Shown here piece after piece: positions 52,248-61,653 of a stretch of DNA of 64,000 nucleotides. Both the position numbers and the translations under genes were made by a program. This DNA comes from an uncultured Candidatus Saccharibacteria bacterium (GTDB lineage: Bacteria; Patescibacteriota; Minisyncoccia; UBA6257; Colwellbacteraceae): assembly GCA_964559765.1 (NCBI GenBank), contig CAZLHU010000001.1, forward strand, positions 75,600 through 139,599, read 5' to 3'. Within the stretch, counting starts at the first letter, position 1, and the number at the start of each line of letters is the position of its first letter. The notes beneath the pieces are model-generated. The model was not told the DNA's origin and made no database searches. It saw nothing but the letters and a program-made list of their open reading frames with translations.

Positions 52248-53923
52248 GATAGGTCTCCCAGAAACTGCATATGGTGGCGCCTGAACTCTTCAAGCTGCTC
52301 AAAATTGTGATCCTTTAGGATAAGGCGGGCCAACTCTTCCCCGCCGACCAAGTGCGGCATGATGACATAATCAGCCCCAAGGGAATAAAGCCGGCGGCCG
52401 CCGCTCTCGTCATCGGCGGTTAGAATCACCCTCGCTTTGGGATTTTCCTTCCTTACCGCTTGCAATATAGCTTCGTTGTCGCGCAAATCCGGCACGGTCG
52501 AGATGATGACTCTGGCTTTCTTCAGGTCAGCTATTTCCTGGATATCTTGATCCGTTATGTCGCCGTAAATGACCGCCCTGCCCTGATCGCGCAGCTCTTT
52601 GACTATCACTGGGTCAAAATCTATCGTCAATACCCTTCCGCCGGACGCCTCCAATGCCTTCAAAATAGTCCTACCCATTCTATGAGCTCCGATCAGGATG
52701 ACGTGGTTTATGAACTTCTCCTGCGGGACCTCTTCTTCCGGCCGAGTTATTTTACGTTCGGTAAGTTTCAAGACTGGTCTGAGCAATTTATAAAGGTTGT
52801 CCGCATAAATTATCATGTAAGAGGAACAGAATATGGTTATCACCCCCACCATTATCACGAGCGACTCTTCGGCAGTAGTTATGTGTCCCAATTCTGCGCC
52901 CAACGTCACCAAAATCAGGCTGAACTCTGAGATCTGAGACATAGTTATCCCGGCCAAGAACGATGTCCTGGAACGATATCCCAGCGCGATCATTATCGCG
53001 TAGACGACGATAGGGTTGACCACCAATACAAACAAAATAAGGAGGATGAGTGGCTTCAGGGCTATGGCGCTTGCGCTAAGCACCAGATTGGTGCCCAATC
53101 CAAAGAAGAACATCATTACGAAGAAATCTCGCAACGGCGACAGACGACTGCTGATCTGAAAATGCTCCGATGAGTTCGCGAGCGTAAGCCCAGCAAGAAG
53201 TCCACCCACTTCCACCGACAAGCCGATTAGGGGCGACGCCGCAAGTAGGGCTATTCCCAAAGCCCAAGCGATGCTGAACAGATATAGCAGTTCTTGGGAG
53301 TGGCCTATGAGATCCAATAATTTCGGAAGATATCTGGACAGAAGTATCAGGATCGCGGCTAGTACTATGCCCTTTACCAGGCTTAAACCCAAAGACAACA
53401 GGGCTATGCCCTTGTCTGGGACCCCGGAAGATAGAATAAGCAGGGCTACCATGGCTATGAGATCCTGTATTATGAGAACCCCGACGACTATTCTGCCATA
53501 AAGACTTTTAAGGTCCTTCTTCTCGGATAGGAGCTTGACCACGATGATTGTCGACGAAAACGTCAGCGCGGCCGCTATGTAGATCGAGGGCAAAACCGCA
53601 AATCCCAGGGAGTGGCTCAAAAGAAAGCCTATGCCGAAAGTTATCAAAACCTGCCCCAATCCTATTAGGATAACGTGCGCCCCTATCCGTTTTAACTCTC
53701 TCAGGTCTAGATCTAGTCCGACTATAAATAGCAGCAGGGCTATCCCTAGTGATGACAGGCTTCCGATCACATTTGTATCTATGTGTATCGAGCGGGATAC
53801 GCTGCCTACTATTAGGCCGGCAGCTATGAAACCTATCAATGCAGGTTGCTTTAACAAATGGGCGAATATACCCAGGGCTGCGGCGAATATTATCGATAGC
53901 GCTATTTCCGTAAAAAGAGTCAT
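52244..53923 (-). CDS. Monovalent cation:proton antiporter-2 (Kef-type) with C-terminal RCK/TrkA-N domain
   Basis: 559 aa with a ~380-aa polytopic Na_H_Exchanger-like membrane domain followed by a Rossmann RCK domain (ILIGAHRMGRTI...VLTIDFDP). Confidence 0.85.
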   Translation of the reverse strand: MTLFTEIALSIIFAAALGIFAHLLKQPALIGFIAAGLIVGSVSRSIHIDTNVIGSLSSLGIALLLFIVGLDLDLRELKRIGAHVILIGLGQVLITFGIGFLLSHSLGFAVLPSIYIAAALTFSSTIIVVKLLSEKKDLKSLYGRIVVGVLIIQDLIAMVALLILSSGVPDKGIALLSLGLSLVKGIVLAAILILLSRYLPKLLDLIGHSQELLYLFSIAWALGIALLAASPLIGLSVEVGGLLAGLTLANSSEHFQISSRLSPLRDFFVMMFFFGLGTNLVLSASAIALKPLILLILFVLVVNPIVVYAIMIALGYRSRTSFLAGITMSQISEFSLILVTLGAELGHITTAEESLVIMVGVITIFCSSYMIIYADNLYKLLRPVLKLTERKITRPEEEVPQEKFINHVILIGAHRMGRTILKALEASGGRVLTIDFDPVIVKELRDQGRAVIYGDITDQDIQEIADLKKARVIISTVPDLRDNEAILQAVRKENPKARVILTADDESGGRRLYSLGADYVIMPHLVGGEELARLILKDHNFEQLEEFRRHHMQFLGDLS

Positions 53924-54006
53924 TAGATTCCTATCAATAATATCACGGCGCAGGACGATTTACCCTTAAAAAGTGGGTTGATTCGGAGAATTGCGTTTTA
54001 TTTTTA

Positions 54007-55251
54007 CTACTCGTAACGTAGGGATTCTATCGGGCTCTTTCGCGCGGCTTGCCGTGCGGGATAAATCCCGAAGACTAGTCCTGTGATTGTTGATACCGCG
54101 ACGCCTAATAAGACCGCCGATAGCGGAAATTCAAATGTCCAGCCAGTTGAAAGCACGTGGGAAAGTATTAGATAGGCTAATCCCGCGAATATCGCCCCCA
54201 CTGTTATGCCGATCACTCCCCCTAGGAAAGTGATCACTACGGCCTCAACCATGAATTGCTGCATGATATCTTTATTGGTCGCCCCAACAGCCTTCCTTAA
54301 GCCTATCTCCTTGGTTCTTTCAGTCACAGATACAAGCATTATGTTCATTATCCCTATGCCGCCGACAATGAGGGATATCGAGGCTATCGCCGCCAGGAAA
54401 AGGGTCATTATCGAGGTCACATTGCCCAACAACGATAATAGGTCCTGCTCCGTCTCGATCGTAAAGTCGTCTTTGGTGGGATCTGTGATTTTATGATCTT
54501 GCTCCAACACCGACTCGATCCGGCTCTGAACGAAGGTTGGATTGTAGGCTGAGTTAGCCTGGACTATGACCTCGCTCAGATAGTTAATCCCCAACAGCTG
54601 TTCCTGAGCCACGGTTATAGGTATTACCACCACGTCATCCTCCTCGGCGCCGAACGATCCAGTGCCCTGATTGCTTAGCACGCCGACGACACGGAATTCT
54701 ACGTTACCCAGAGGCATGTATTGGTTTATAGGGTCCACGTTTCCGAAAATAGTCGTCGCTATACCCGAGCCAATCACTGCGACGTGGTTAAGGGCATCGA
54801 CGTCGTTTTGGTTAAATTGCCGACCCTCCTTGGTTGGAAAATTAACCACGCTGAAAAAGTTCGCGGTCACGCCGACATATGCGGCATTAAGACTATTGTC
54901 GCCGTACACCGCCGGTGCTTGTCCCTTCACCGCCGATACGATCTGAGAGACGGACGGTTCCCGGCCCAAAGCATCGACATCTGCCTGCACAAGCGTCTTA
55001 GTGACGATTCCTGCCACGGAGGATGGGGTCGAGTTCTTGCCGCTGATTGTCCCTCCTGGCAGGATAATTACAAGATTGGAACCAACGCCCTGGACCTGGC
55101 TTATAATCAAATCCTGCGCCGATTGACCGATTGACATGAGAATGATTACTGAAGCAATACCTATAACTATCCCCAGCATTGTTAACGCAGACCGCATTTT
55201 TCCGTGATGAATGCTATCGAAAGCTGAATTAAAGGAATCTTTTATACGCAT
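54007..55251 (-). CDS. ABC transporter permease, MacB/FtsX family
   Basis: 414 aa with an N-terminal TM helix, a large periplasmic MacB_PCD-like domain and a C-terminal 3-TM FtsX domain. Confidence 0.85.
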   Translation of the reverse strand: MRIKDSFNSAFDSIHHGKMRSALTMLGIVIGIASVIILMSIGQSAQDLIISQVQGVGSNLVIILPGGTISGKNSTPSSVAGIVTKTLVQADVDALGREPSVSQIVSAVKGQAPAVYGDNSLNAAYVGVTANFFSVVNFPTKEGRQFNQNDVDALNHVAVIGSGIATTIFGNVDPINQYMPLGNVEFRVVGVLSNQGTGSFGAEEDDVVVIPITVAQEQLLGINYLSEVIVQANSAYNPTFVQSRIESVLEQDHKITDPTKDDFTIETEQDLLSLLGNVTSIMTLFLAAIASISLIVGGIGIMNIMLVSVTERTKEIGLRKAVGATNKDIMQQFMVEAVVITFLGGVIGITVGAIFAGLAYLILSHVLSTGWTFEFPLSAVLLGVAVSTITGLVFGIYPARQAARKSPIESLRYE

Positions 55252-55254
55252 GGC

Positions 55255-55968
55255 TTATTTGAAGAATTGTTCCTTAGACCGACGGCGAGTCTTAATGGGT
55301 TTGTCGCTCTCTATTAATCCGTCTTTAAGGGTTATTATCCTGTCGGCGAACTCTGCGGTGTACGTCTCATGAGTAACGAGTATTATTGTGTGTCCCTGAG
55401 AGTTAAGGTCGTCCAATATCTGCATGATCTGCGCGCCCGAAACGGAATCTAGATTCCCCGTCGGCTCGTCCGCAAAAATCACATTGGGTTTATTGACTAA
55501 GGCCCGCGCTATGGCGACCCTTTGTTTCTGCCCTCCAGAAAGCCTACCGGCTTCGACATATAACTTCTCCTCAAGCCCCACGGATTTTACAGCGTCTTCA
55601 ACCAGCTTCTTTCTTCTGGCTGGATCTATTTCTGCCGCATAGATTAACGGCATCTCGACATTCTCGTAGACCAATAGGCGGGACATTAAATTGAATGATT
55701 GGAACACGAAGCCCATGTCTTTATTTCTGACTCGAGCCAGCTCTTTGTCGGACATGTCGTCGATGCTTTTGCCTAGAAATGTATACACCCCTCCCGTCGG
55801 CCGGTCTAAGAAACTTAGGATTTGCAATAAAGTCGACTTACCCGAACCAGAGGGCCCGACAATAGATACAAAATCCCCCTTCTCAATATCAAATGAAACG
55901 CCTCTGAGCGCGGGGGTCACTGTCTCTTCGTCCAGATAATCTTTCTTTAGGCCCTTTACGGAGATCAT
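55255..55968 (-). CDS. ABC transporter ATP-binding protein (MacB/LolD-like)
   Basis: Walker [10 protein letters not shown], signature [15 protein letters not shown] and Walker [13 protein letters not shown]. Confidence 0.9.
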   Translation of the reverse strand: MISVKGLKKDYLDEETVTPALRGVSFDIEKGDFVSIVGPSGSGKSTLLQILSFLDRPTGGVYTFLGKSIDDMSDKELARVRNKDMGFVFQSFNLMSRLLVYENVEMPLIYAAEIDPARRKKLVEDAVKSVGLEEKLYVEAGRLSGGQKQRVAIARALVNKPNVIFADEPTGNLDSVSGAQIMQILDDLNSQGHTIILVTHETYTAEFADRIITLKDGLIESDKPIKTRRRSKEQFFK

Positions 55969-57533
55969 TGTTTGAGGCCGATGTTAAGAACTTGTTCGCC
56001 TTCGGTTACGCCCGAGGTTATCTCTATGTTGCCGTTCTGATCTTGTATACCAAGGGTCACTGGCACCTGTGCTACGCTGTTGTTTTTGAGCACTTCTACG
56101 AAACTGCCTGTGCTATTTTGGATGACCGCATATTGAGGGAGTATCAGCACGTTATTGTCAGTCTGGGTAATAATATTCAGATTCACAGTGAGGCCACTTT
56201 TTATGCGAGGGTCTGATTTATCAAAAGACACCTTGACCAAGTAATTTACAACTCCTCCGACGATGGTTTGCGCCGGGTCAATATAGAAGACTTTTCCGGT
56301 GAATTGTTCGCCAGAGAAAGCATCGAGGGTCATATCGACTGAATCTCCGACGTTGACCTTGCCGATATCAACCTCCGGGACATCTGAATCCACCTCGAGA
56401 TTATTATCTGAGATAATGGAGAAGAGCACACTTCCTGGTGAAGCTATCTCACCTACTTTTGCATTCTGCACCGTTATTACTCCAGAGATGGGGGCGACCA
56501 ATGAGGCTTCGGAGATGCTGACCTGTATATTTTGCACACTAGCCTCAGCCTGTTCGACTTGGGCCTCTTGGGCTTGAATGGCCTGCTGCGTCGAACCAGC
56601 CAATTTTAAGTTTAGTGACGCTACCTGCTGCTGTAAGACGGTTTTATTGGAGGCTATTTCTTGGGTTAGAGCATTAACGCTGGTTATTGCTGTATTTACC
56701 TCAGTTGTGGCGGCTGCGGCATCGGCCTGGTATGCGGCGGTATTCGACGATAGACCACGAGAGTCGTTTGCGGCGGTCATCACCTCTATTAAGAAAGATT
56801 GGATCACGCTCAAATGAGAGCTGGTGTCGGATAAAGCTGCTTCCAACGTGCTTGTAGAGGAATTACCGCTCATAGACTGAAGCTCGGTTTGCCATTTATT
56901 CAACTCAACGTTGGATTGGATTAGGCCGGAGTCTACGGTGTTTGAAATATTCTGATCGCTAACCTGGAAAGTCAGCGTAGGGTTGGAACCCTGGTTTAAG
57001 TTAGTTGAGCTAAATAAAGGAGCAAGTTGATTGTGTACCGCATCATTCGCTTCAGAATAAGCTTGGGTAATAATGTTCAGCACACTTGCATAATCATTTG
57101 TAAGATTCTGTTGAGCTGTCGTAACCGCAGCCTGCGATACCTGAACATCCTGTTCCGTTGCCCCAGCCTGTAGCGAGGCTAGGTTGGCTTTTTGTGTGTC
57201 TACATTGGCTTGAGCTTGGGCTAGTTGAGCTTGGAGACCACTGGTATTGAGCGTGACGACGACCGCTCCAGCATTCACATTTGCTCCTTGAGGATAATTA
57301 ACTGCGTTAATTGTTCCCCCATTCTGAAAAGCCATATCAACACTTTTTATAGGGGTGGTATTCCCGGTTACGGTCACTTCTTGGGTGATAGATCCTTTAT
57401 TTACGGTTATAAATTGGTATGTGCTATTAGCGCTTCTAGAATTTATAAAATAGACTACGCCCACCAGGACTATTAAGATGACAATGCTGTATATGATTGG
57501 TCTTTTTTTGAACAGGGTCACTGCTTTTTTCAT
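55965..57533 (-). CDS. Periplasmic adaptor / membrane-fusion protein (HlyD/MacA-like) with long coiled-coil hairpin
   Basis: 522 aa with an N-terminal TM anchor, extended Q/A/N-rich coiled coils and C-terminal beta-barrel/MP domains. It overlaps the ABC ATPase gene by 4 nt. Confidence 0.75.
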   Translation of the reverse strand: MKKAVTLFKKRPIIYSIVILIVLVGVVYFINSRSANSTYQFITVNKGSITQEVTVTGNTTPIKSVDMAFQNGGTINAVNYPQGANVNAGAVVVTLNTSGLQAQLAQAQANVDTQKANLASLQAGATEQDVQVSQAAVTTAQQNLTNDYASVLNIITQAYSEANDAVHNQLAPLFSSTNLNQGSNPTLTFQVSDQNISNTVDSGLIQSNVELNKWQTELQSMSGNSSTSTLEAALSDTSSHLSVIQSFLIEVMTAANDSRGLSSNTAAYQADAAAATTEVNTAITSVNALTQEIASNKTVLQQQVASLNLKLAGSTQQAIQAQEAQVEQAEASVQNIQVSISEASLVAPISGVITVQNAKVGEIASPGSVLFSIISDNNLEVDSDVPEVDIGKVNVGDSVDMTLDAFSGEQFTGKVFYIDPAQTIVGGVVNYLVKVSFDKSDPRIKSGLTVNLNIITQTDNNVLILPQYAVIQNSTGSFVEVLKNNSVAQVPVTLGIQDQNGNIEITSGVTEGEQVLNIGLKQ

Positions 57534-58012
57534 TATCGTCTTTTTGTTTTATTTATATTCTCCATTTGAGTTGAATCGCATTCTTTTATTATAGATATGA
57601 AGCGCCTTGATAGGCTACTGAATACGCGTCTGTCTTTATCGGATACGTCTTTAAATATTTTCTCGAAAATTTCGTTCATCAGAAGAGATGCTCGCTCTAT
57701 CTCTGATCGGCCTCTTTTGGTAAGTTTTAGGCTGTATTTTCTGCGGTTATCCGGATCTTGGGACTTGGATATAAACCTCTTGTTGTTCAATATCTCGATC
57801 TGCCTACTAACTGAGGCCTCAGTTACCCCCCAAAACTGGGCTATAGCATGTTGCGATAAGTTGGGATTGTGCTGAACCGCCATCAGAACCCTAAACTGGG
57901 CCGTAGTTATACTAAGCTTGGGTTTTAGTGTCCTATCGGCGACCTTTTTAAATACGAGGACCAGGCCGATAATCGGCTGTAGTGTCTCGCGGATCGAGTA
58001 TCTTTTAGCCAT
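57533..58012 (-). CDS. MarR-family transcriptional regulator
   Basis: 159 aa with a MarR wHTH (LSITTAQFRVLMAVQHNPNLSQHAIAQFWGVTEASVSRQIEILNNKRFISKSQDPDNRRKYSLKLT). It is the first gene of the efflux operon. Confidence 0.8.
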   Translation of the reverse strand: MAKRYSIRETLQPIIGLVLVFKKVADRTLKPKLSITTAQFRVLMAVQHNPNLSQHAIAQFWGVTEASVSRQIEILNNKRFISKSQDPDNRRKYSLKLTKRGRSEIERASLLMNEIFEKIFKDVSDKDRRVFSSLSRRFISIIKECDSTQMENINKTKRR

Positions 58013-58037
58013 GTTAAGATGAGCTTAACATGTTAAG
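58010..58037. promoter_or_regulatory. Palindromic operator candidate overlapping the MarR start codon
   Basis: CATGTTAAG-atgag-CTTAACATGTTAAG: a 9-bp perfect inverted repeat with a 5-bp spacer, immediately followed by a self-complementary 14-mer CTTAACATGTTAAG. The ATG of marR lies inside the first half-site. Confidence 0.45.
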
Positions 58038-58097
58038 GTTGGCTGGACAATAAGCTTAGGTTGATAAACCCTGCTGATAAGACGGGTTTGTTCTGTG

Positions 58098-58169
58098 TGC
58101 TCCCATGAGGAATCGAACCTCAATCTTCTCCTTCGGAGGGAGATGTCCTATCCATTGAACGACGGGAGC
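58098..58169 (-). tRNA. tRNA-Arg (anticodon CCG)
   Basis: Reverse complement GCTCCCGTCGTTCAATGGATAGGACATCTCCCTCCGAAGGAGAAGATTGAGGTTCGATTCCTCATGGGAGCA folds by hand: acceptor GCTCCCG/TGGGAGC, D-arm GTTC/GGAC, anticodon stem TCTCC/GGAGA with loop CTCCGAA, T-arm TGAGG-TTCGATT-CCTCA. Confidence 0.85.
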
Positions 58170-58184
58170 GAATCGCGACTAATC

Positions 58185-59411
58185 TTAGATTAATTTAGCG
58201 ACTTCATAAAGCGCTCCGCCAACTAGAAGTGCGATTACTAAATAGCTCCACATCGGCGCCCTATTTGTTAACTTACGCCACATTAGAGTGACCATTGTGT
58301 GTTCCAAAGCTAGGAATATCCCGCCCATGACGCCCACTAGGACGATAAAATCTCTTAAACCTAAAGAGAATAGTATGAGCGGGGCCAGCACTACGACGAG
58401 CAGGGATATGTCGCGTGAAGTTTTAAAATCATATAAGAATATCCCTTCGATCTCCCGCGACACGGATATGTATGAGGCCCATATCGAGAAAACACCCATA
58501 AAACCCAGCAGCACAAGGAAGGGTTGGGGTAGGTATGCCAAACCAGAGACCGCGTCTGGGCTAATTGTTTTGGAAAGAGACATCACACCAAATACAAACA
58601 GCGCATAGACTATCGCCGGGATCACGGTGCCGACCACAATAGCCTTCTTGACCGTCTTAGCTTCTATGCCCCTATCTGTCGAATATTCCATCAACGAAGA
58701 TATAGCGGATCTCCCTGCCATTGAAAATATCACAGCCCCGTAGGGTAGGAATAACAAACCCAAATTCCAATTTACCAACGGTATAGAACTTATCGGCTGT
58801 ATCGGGTGCAATATACCTATGATAAATATGAAGATCGCTATCGCGATAATCGCACCCACGGCTATAGACTCAAGCAGCGCTATTCTCCCAACCTTGAAAA
58901 GCAGCGGCACGCTGGCCAAGGCCCAGAATATCAGACTCGCCGCAAGCGGCGAGAGTGATGGAAAGACCAGATTGATGAAGCTCGAAGATAGAACTATAAA
59001 AATAGTCAGCGAAAGCAATATGCCTATGGCTGTAGTGAAAATGGCCACAGACCACCCCTTTCTGCCTAGATATATTTTTGCGTAACCCAAGAAACGGTGT
59101 TTGTCTGGGGTCGCTCTTACCACTTCGCTATATAGGTAATGGGTCGTCGCGAGTAGTGCGGTAAACAAGATTAAATAAAATATCCCCACGGCGAAACCTG
59201 CTTTGGAAAAAAGATATGGCAGAGAAAACATTCCCGCCCCGAATATGGTTGCGGAAAGTATCGCTGCCACAGAAAACAGCTCGCTATACTTCTTCAAATA
59301 CCTTATCACCTTCCCGTACCCGATCTTTAACTTTGATTCCGACTTCTTTTCCCTTCTTAGATTTGGTGATTGGCTTATGGTTGTACTGCATCTCAGATAT
59401 CTTTTGAGCAA
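58185..59411 (-). CDS. Amino-acid permease, HAAAP/Aa_trans-like family
   Basis: About 11 TM helices. The N-terminal motif KKYSELFSVAAILSATIFGAGMFSLPY resembles aromatic/hydroxy amino-acid permeases (TnaB/TyrP type). The first ~42 codons overlap the upstream Lys-rich protein gene, so the true start is uncertain. Confidence 0.6.
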   Translation of the reverse strand: MLKRYLRCSTTISQSPNLRREKKSESKLKIGYGKVIRYLKKYSELFSVAAILSATIFGAGMFSLPYLFSKAGFAVGIFYLILFTALLATTHYLYSEVVRATPDKHRFLGYAKIYLGRKGWSVAIFTTAIGILLSLTIFIVLSSSFINLVFPSLSPLAASLIFWALASVPLLFKVGRIALLESIAVGAIIAIAIFIFIIGILHPIQPISSIPLVNWNLGLLFLPYGAVIFSMAGRSAISSLMEYSTDRGIEAKTVKKAIVVGTVIPAIVYALFVFGVMSLSKTISPDAVSGLAYLPQPFLVLLGFMGVFSIWASYISVSREIEGIFLYDFKTSRDISLLVVVLAPLILFSLGLRDFIVLVGVMGGIFLALEHTMVTLMWRKLTNRAPMWSYLVIALLVGGALYEVAKLI

Positions 59412-59670
59412 AGTCTGTCGTTGCCCCCCTAAACCTGACCACTTTATTCAAATTTACTTCCTTAGAAAACTTAACTATCGCAACGCTGATCTCACTGAAG
59501 AAATGGGTTACTGATCCGATAGGTTTCTTAGCTTTCACTGCCTTTGGTTTGGCTTTCTTAGCCTTAACCTTGGGCTTAGACTTTAGTTTGGTCCTAACAA
59601 CTACGCGGGCTCTTTTAGTTTTGGCCTTGGATTTGTTTTTAACAACTTTTTTCTTTTTAGCTTTTGCCAT
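59284..59670 (-). CDS. Lys-rich histone-H1-like N-terminal tail fused to a small beta-rich C-terminal domain
   Basis: 128 aa. The first ~60 aa are about 50% K/R/A (MAKAKKKKVVKNKSKAKTKRARVV...KAKKAKPKAVKAKKP) and the last ~70 aa are a compact globular domain (IGSVTHFFSEISVAIVKF...VRFRGATTDFAQKISEMQ...GKEVGIKVKDRVREGDKVFE). Confidence 0.5.
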   Translation of the reverse strand: MAKAKKKKVVKNKSKAKTKRARVVVRTKLKSKPKVKAKKAKPKAVKAKKPIGSVTHFFSEISVAIVKFSKEVNLNKVVRFRGATTDFAQKISEMQYNHKPITKSKKGKEVGIKVKDRVREGDKVFEEV

Positions 59671-59685
59671 CTTTGATTTTTATAT

Positions 59686-60288
59686 TTAAAGAGGTTTTTT
59701 ATTAGATTCGGCCCTTGTTCTATCAATGGCTATGAGCGCCACAAGCTTACTGATTAGCTCCTTTGGATCTTTTGAATAAACTATCTTGCCCTCCATTTCC
59801 TCGGCCCGATGGGATTTATCTATTATTGTCTTGAAGACCACATCAGTATCCCAATCCCCCTGCAATATACCTATCGGCTTTCTGTCCTCGAAAGCAATAG
59901 TGAATTCATTTATGGTCCCGATCCTTCCGCAGCCGACAACAACCGCGTCGGCCGACCTAGTAAGCAGTAGATTGCGCCCCGAATACCCCTCGCCGGTATA
60001 TGTTATAAAGTCTTGGTAATCTACTGGAAGTTTATATACGTTAATATGTTCCCATTCGGAATATGCCGGCGATATGCCCAAGACCGTCCCCCCTTCGCTC
60101 TTTGCGCCCTTAGAGGCCCAGTAAGGGAATCCTGTTGTGGCACCATTAACTAAGACGACGCCGTGCCGGGCAATTTCTTTGCCTAATTCCTCTGCTTGTT
60201 CGAAGGCGTTTTGTCCACAATGACTGGTCTCGGCAGCTCCGGAAACGCAGATCTTATACTTAGTCGAGTATCCGTCTTTATCGCTCAT
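59686..60288 (-). CDS. LOG-family / TIGR00725-like Rossmann-fold nucleotide-binding protein
   Basis: 200 aa with a GxGxxG-like region (VVLVNGATTGF) and a PGGxGTxxE-like motif (GCGRIGTINEF). Confidence 0.5.
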   Translation of the reverse strand: MSDKDGYSTKYKICVSGAAETSHCGQNAFEQAEELGKEIARHGVVLVNGATTGFPYWASKGAKSEGGTVLGISPAYSEWEHINVYKLPVDYQDFITYTGEGYSGRNLLLTRSADAVVVGCGRIGTINEFTIAFEDRKPIGILQGDWDTDVVFKTIIDKSHRAEEMEGKIVYSKDPKELISKLVALIAIDRTRAESNKKPL

Positions 60289-60300
60289 GTTGCGTATCGA

Positions 60301-61653
60301 TTATAACACAACCTCATCTCCTAAGTGCGGAACGAAGGTCTCTAAAGCCAGGTCGTTTGTAACTTTTGCCGCAAGGTTCTGAGATGTACTCTCTTCGCCG
60401 TGAACTAGGAAAACTTTTTTTAAAGTCCCGCGGGCTGGGGTAAGCCATTGCAATAACCGAGGCTGATCGGCATGGGCCGAATAGCCGCTTATCGACACAA
60501 CGCGCGCAAGCACCTGGATTGTCTTACCCATTATCTGGACTTCTTTAGCCCCATCCTGGATCTGACTGCCTAAAGTTCCATGGACCTGGTAACCGACTAT
60601 TAGGATGGTGCTCTTGGGGTCTGGGAGATAATAAGATTCGTGATAGGTTATCCTTCCGCCATTCGACATGCCGGAACCGGCGATTATCATCTTCGGCACC
60701 GGGGCGTCTTCTATTGATTTTGACTCTTCTTTGGTTAGGGTGAGGTGCGTCCCGGGGAAATTAAGCAGCTCGCGCCTTCCCTGCCACATGAACTTCTTGG
60801 CGTCGGCGTTCATAAAGTTTTCGTATCGTTCATAGATTCTCGTAAGCCGGATAGCTAGTGGGCTATCTATAAATATGGGTATGCGCGGAACCTTTCTGTC
60901 TTCGACCAAAGAGTTTATCTCGTACAACAGTTCTTGCAGACGCTCCATTGCAAAGACTGGTATCATTAACACCCCTCCCATTTTCACGGATTTTTGAATT
61001 ACGTCTTCCAGAATGTCGCGACGCTTGCTGAAATCTTCGTGCGCCCTATCCCCATAACACGACTCCATTATGGCGTAGTCGGCATTGTCCGGTATAAGCT
61101 CTCCCTCCGGTATGAGCGGCGGGTCGCTGTTGCCAAGATCGCCGGAGACAACTAATTTCTTGCCTTCGGCCACTATTATCACGCTGGCCGATCCCATTAT
61201 ATGGCCTGCATTTATCAGGCTGACTTGGAAAGCTCCTTCAGTTACGGTCTCTTTATAATTGATTACCCGCCATAATCTCATAACCGACTCCACATCCGCG
61301 GCGTTATAGATCGGCGCCTGGCCCTGATGCTCCGCTTCCCTGGCCAATATATCTTCAGAATCCAACAACAACTCCCTCGCAAAATCTCGTGTCGGAGCGG
61401 TCGAATATATGGGACCGGCATATCCGGCCTTGACTAATTTCGGCAATAAACCGATGTGGTCTATATGGGTATGGGTTATGAAAACGGCCTTTATCGTCTT
61501 GACGTCATACGGCAACTTTTCGAAATTGCGCTGATCGACATATCTTTCACCCTGAAAAAGTCCGCAGTCGACCAAAATATTGTCCGACCCCGACTCGATA
61601 AGATAACTCGAGCCAGTGACCATCCCCGCTGCTCCTATAAATTTAACTTTCAT
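60301..61653 (-). CDS. Beta-CASP family MBL-fold RNA-processing nuclease (CPSF73/RNase J-like)
   Basis: 450 aa with an HTHIDHIG metal-binding motif, a beta-CASP insert and C-terminal motif C (His in SGYSAHADQ). Confidence 0.75.
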   Translation of the reverse strand: MKVKFIGAAGMVTGSSYLIESGSDNILVDCGLFQGERYVDQRNFEKLPYDVKTIKAVFITHTHIDHIGLLPKLVKAGYAGPIYSTAPTRDFARELLLDSEDILAREAEHQGQAPIYNAADVESVMRLWRVINYKETVTEGAFQVSLINAGHIMGSASVIIVAEGKKLVVSGDLGNSDPPLIPEGELIPDNADYAIMESCYGDRAHEDFSKRRDILEDVIQKSVKMGGVLMIPVFAMERLQELLYEINSLVEDRKVPRIPIFIDSPLAIRLTRIYERYENFMNADAKKFMWQGRRELLNFPGTHLTLTKEESKSIEDAPVPKMIIAGSGMSNGGRITYHESYYLPDPKSTILIVGYQVHGTLGSQIQDGAKEVQIMGKTIQVLARVVSISGYSAHADQPRLLQWLTPARGTLKKVFLVHGEESTSQNLAAKVTNDLALETFVPHLGDEVVL

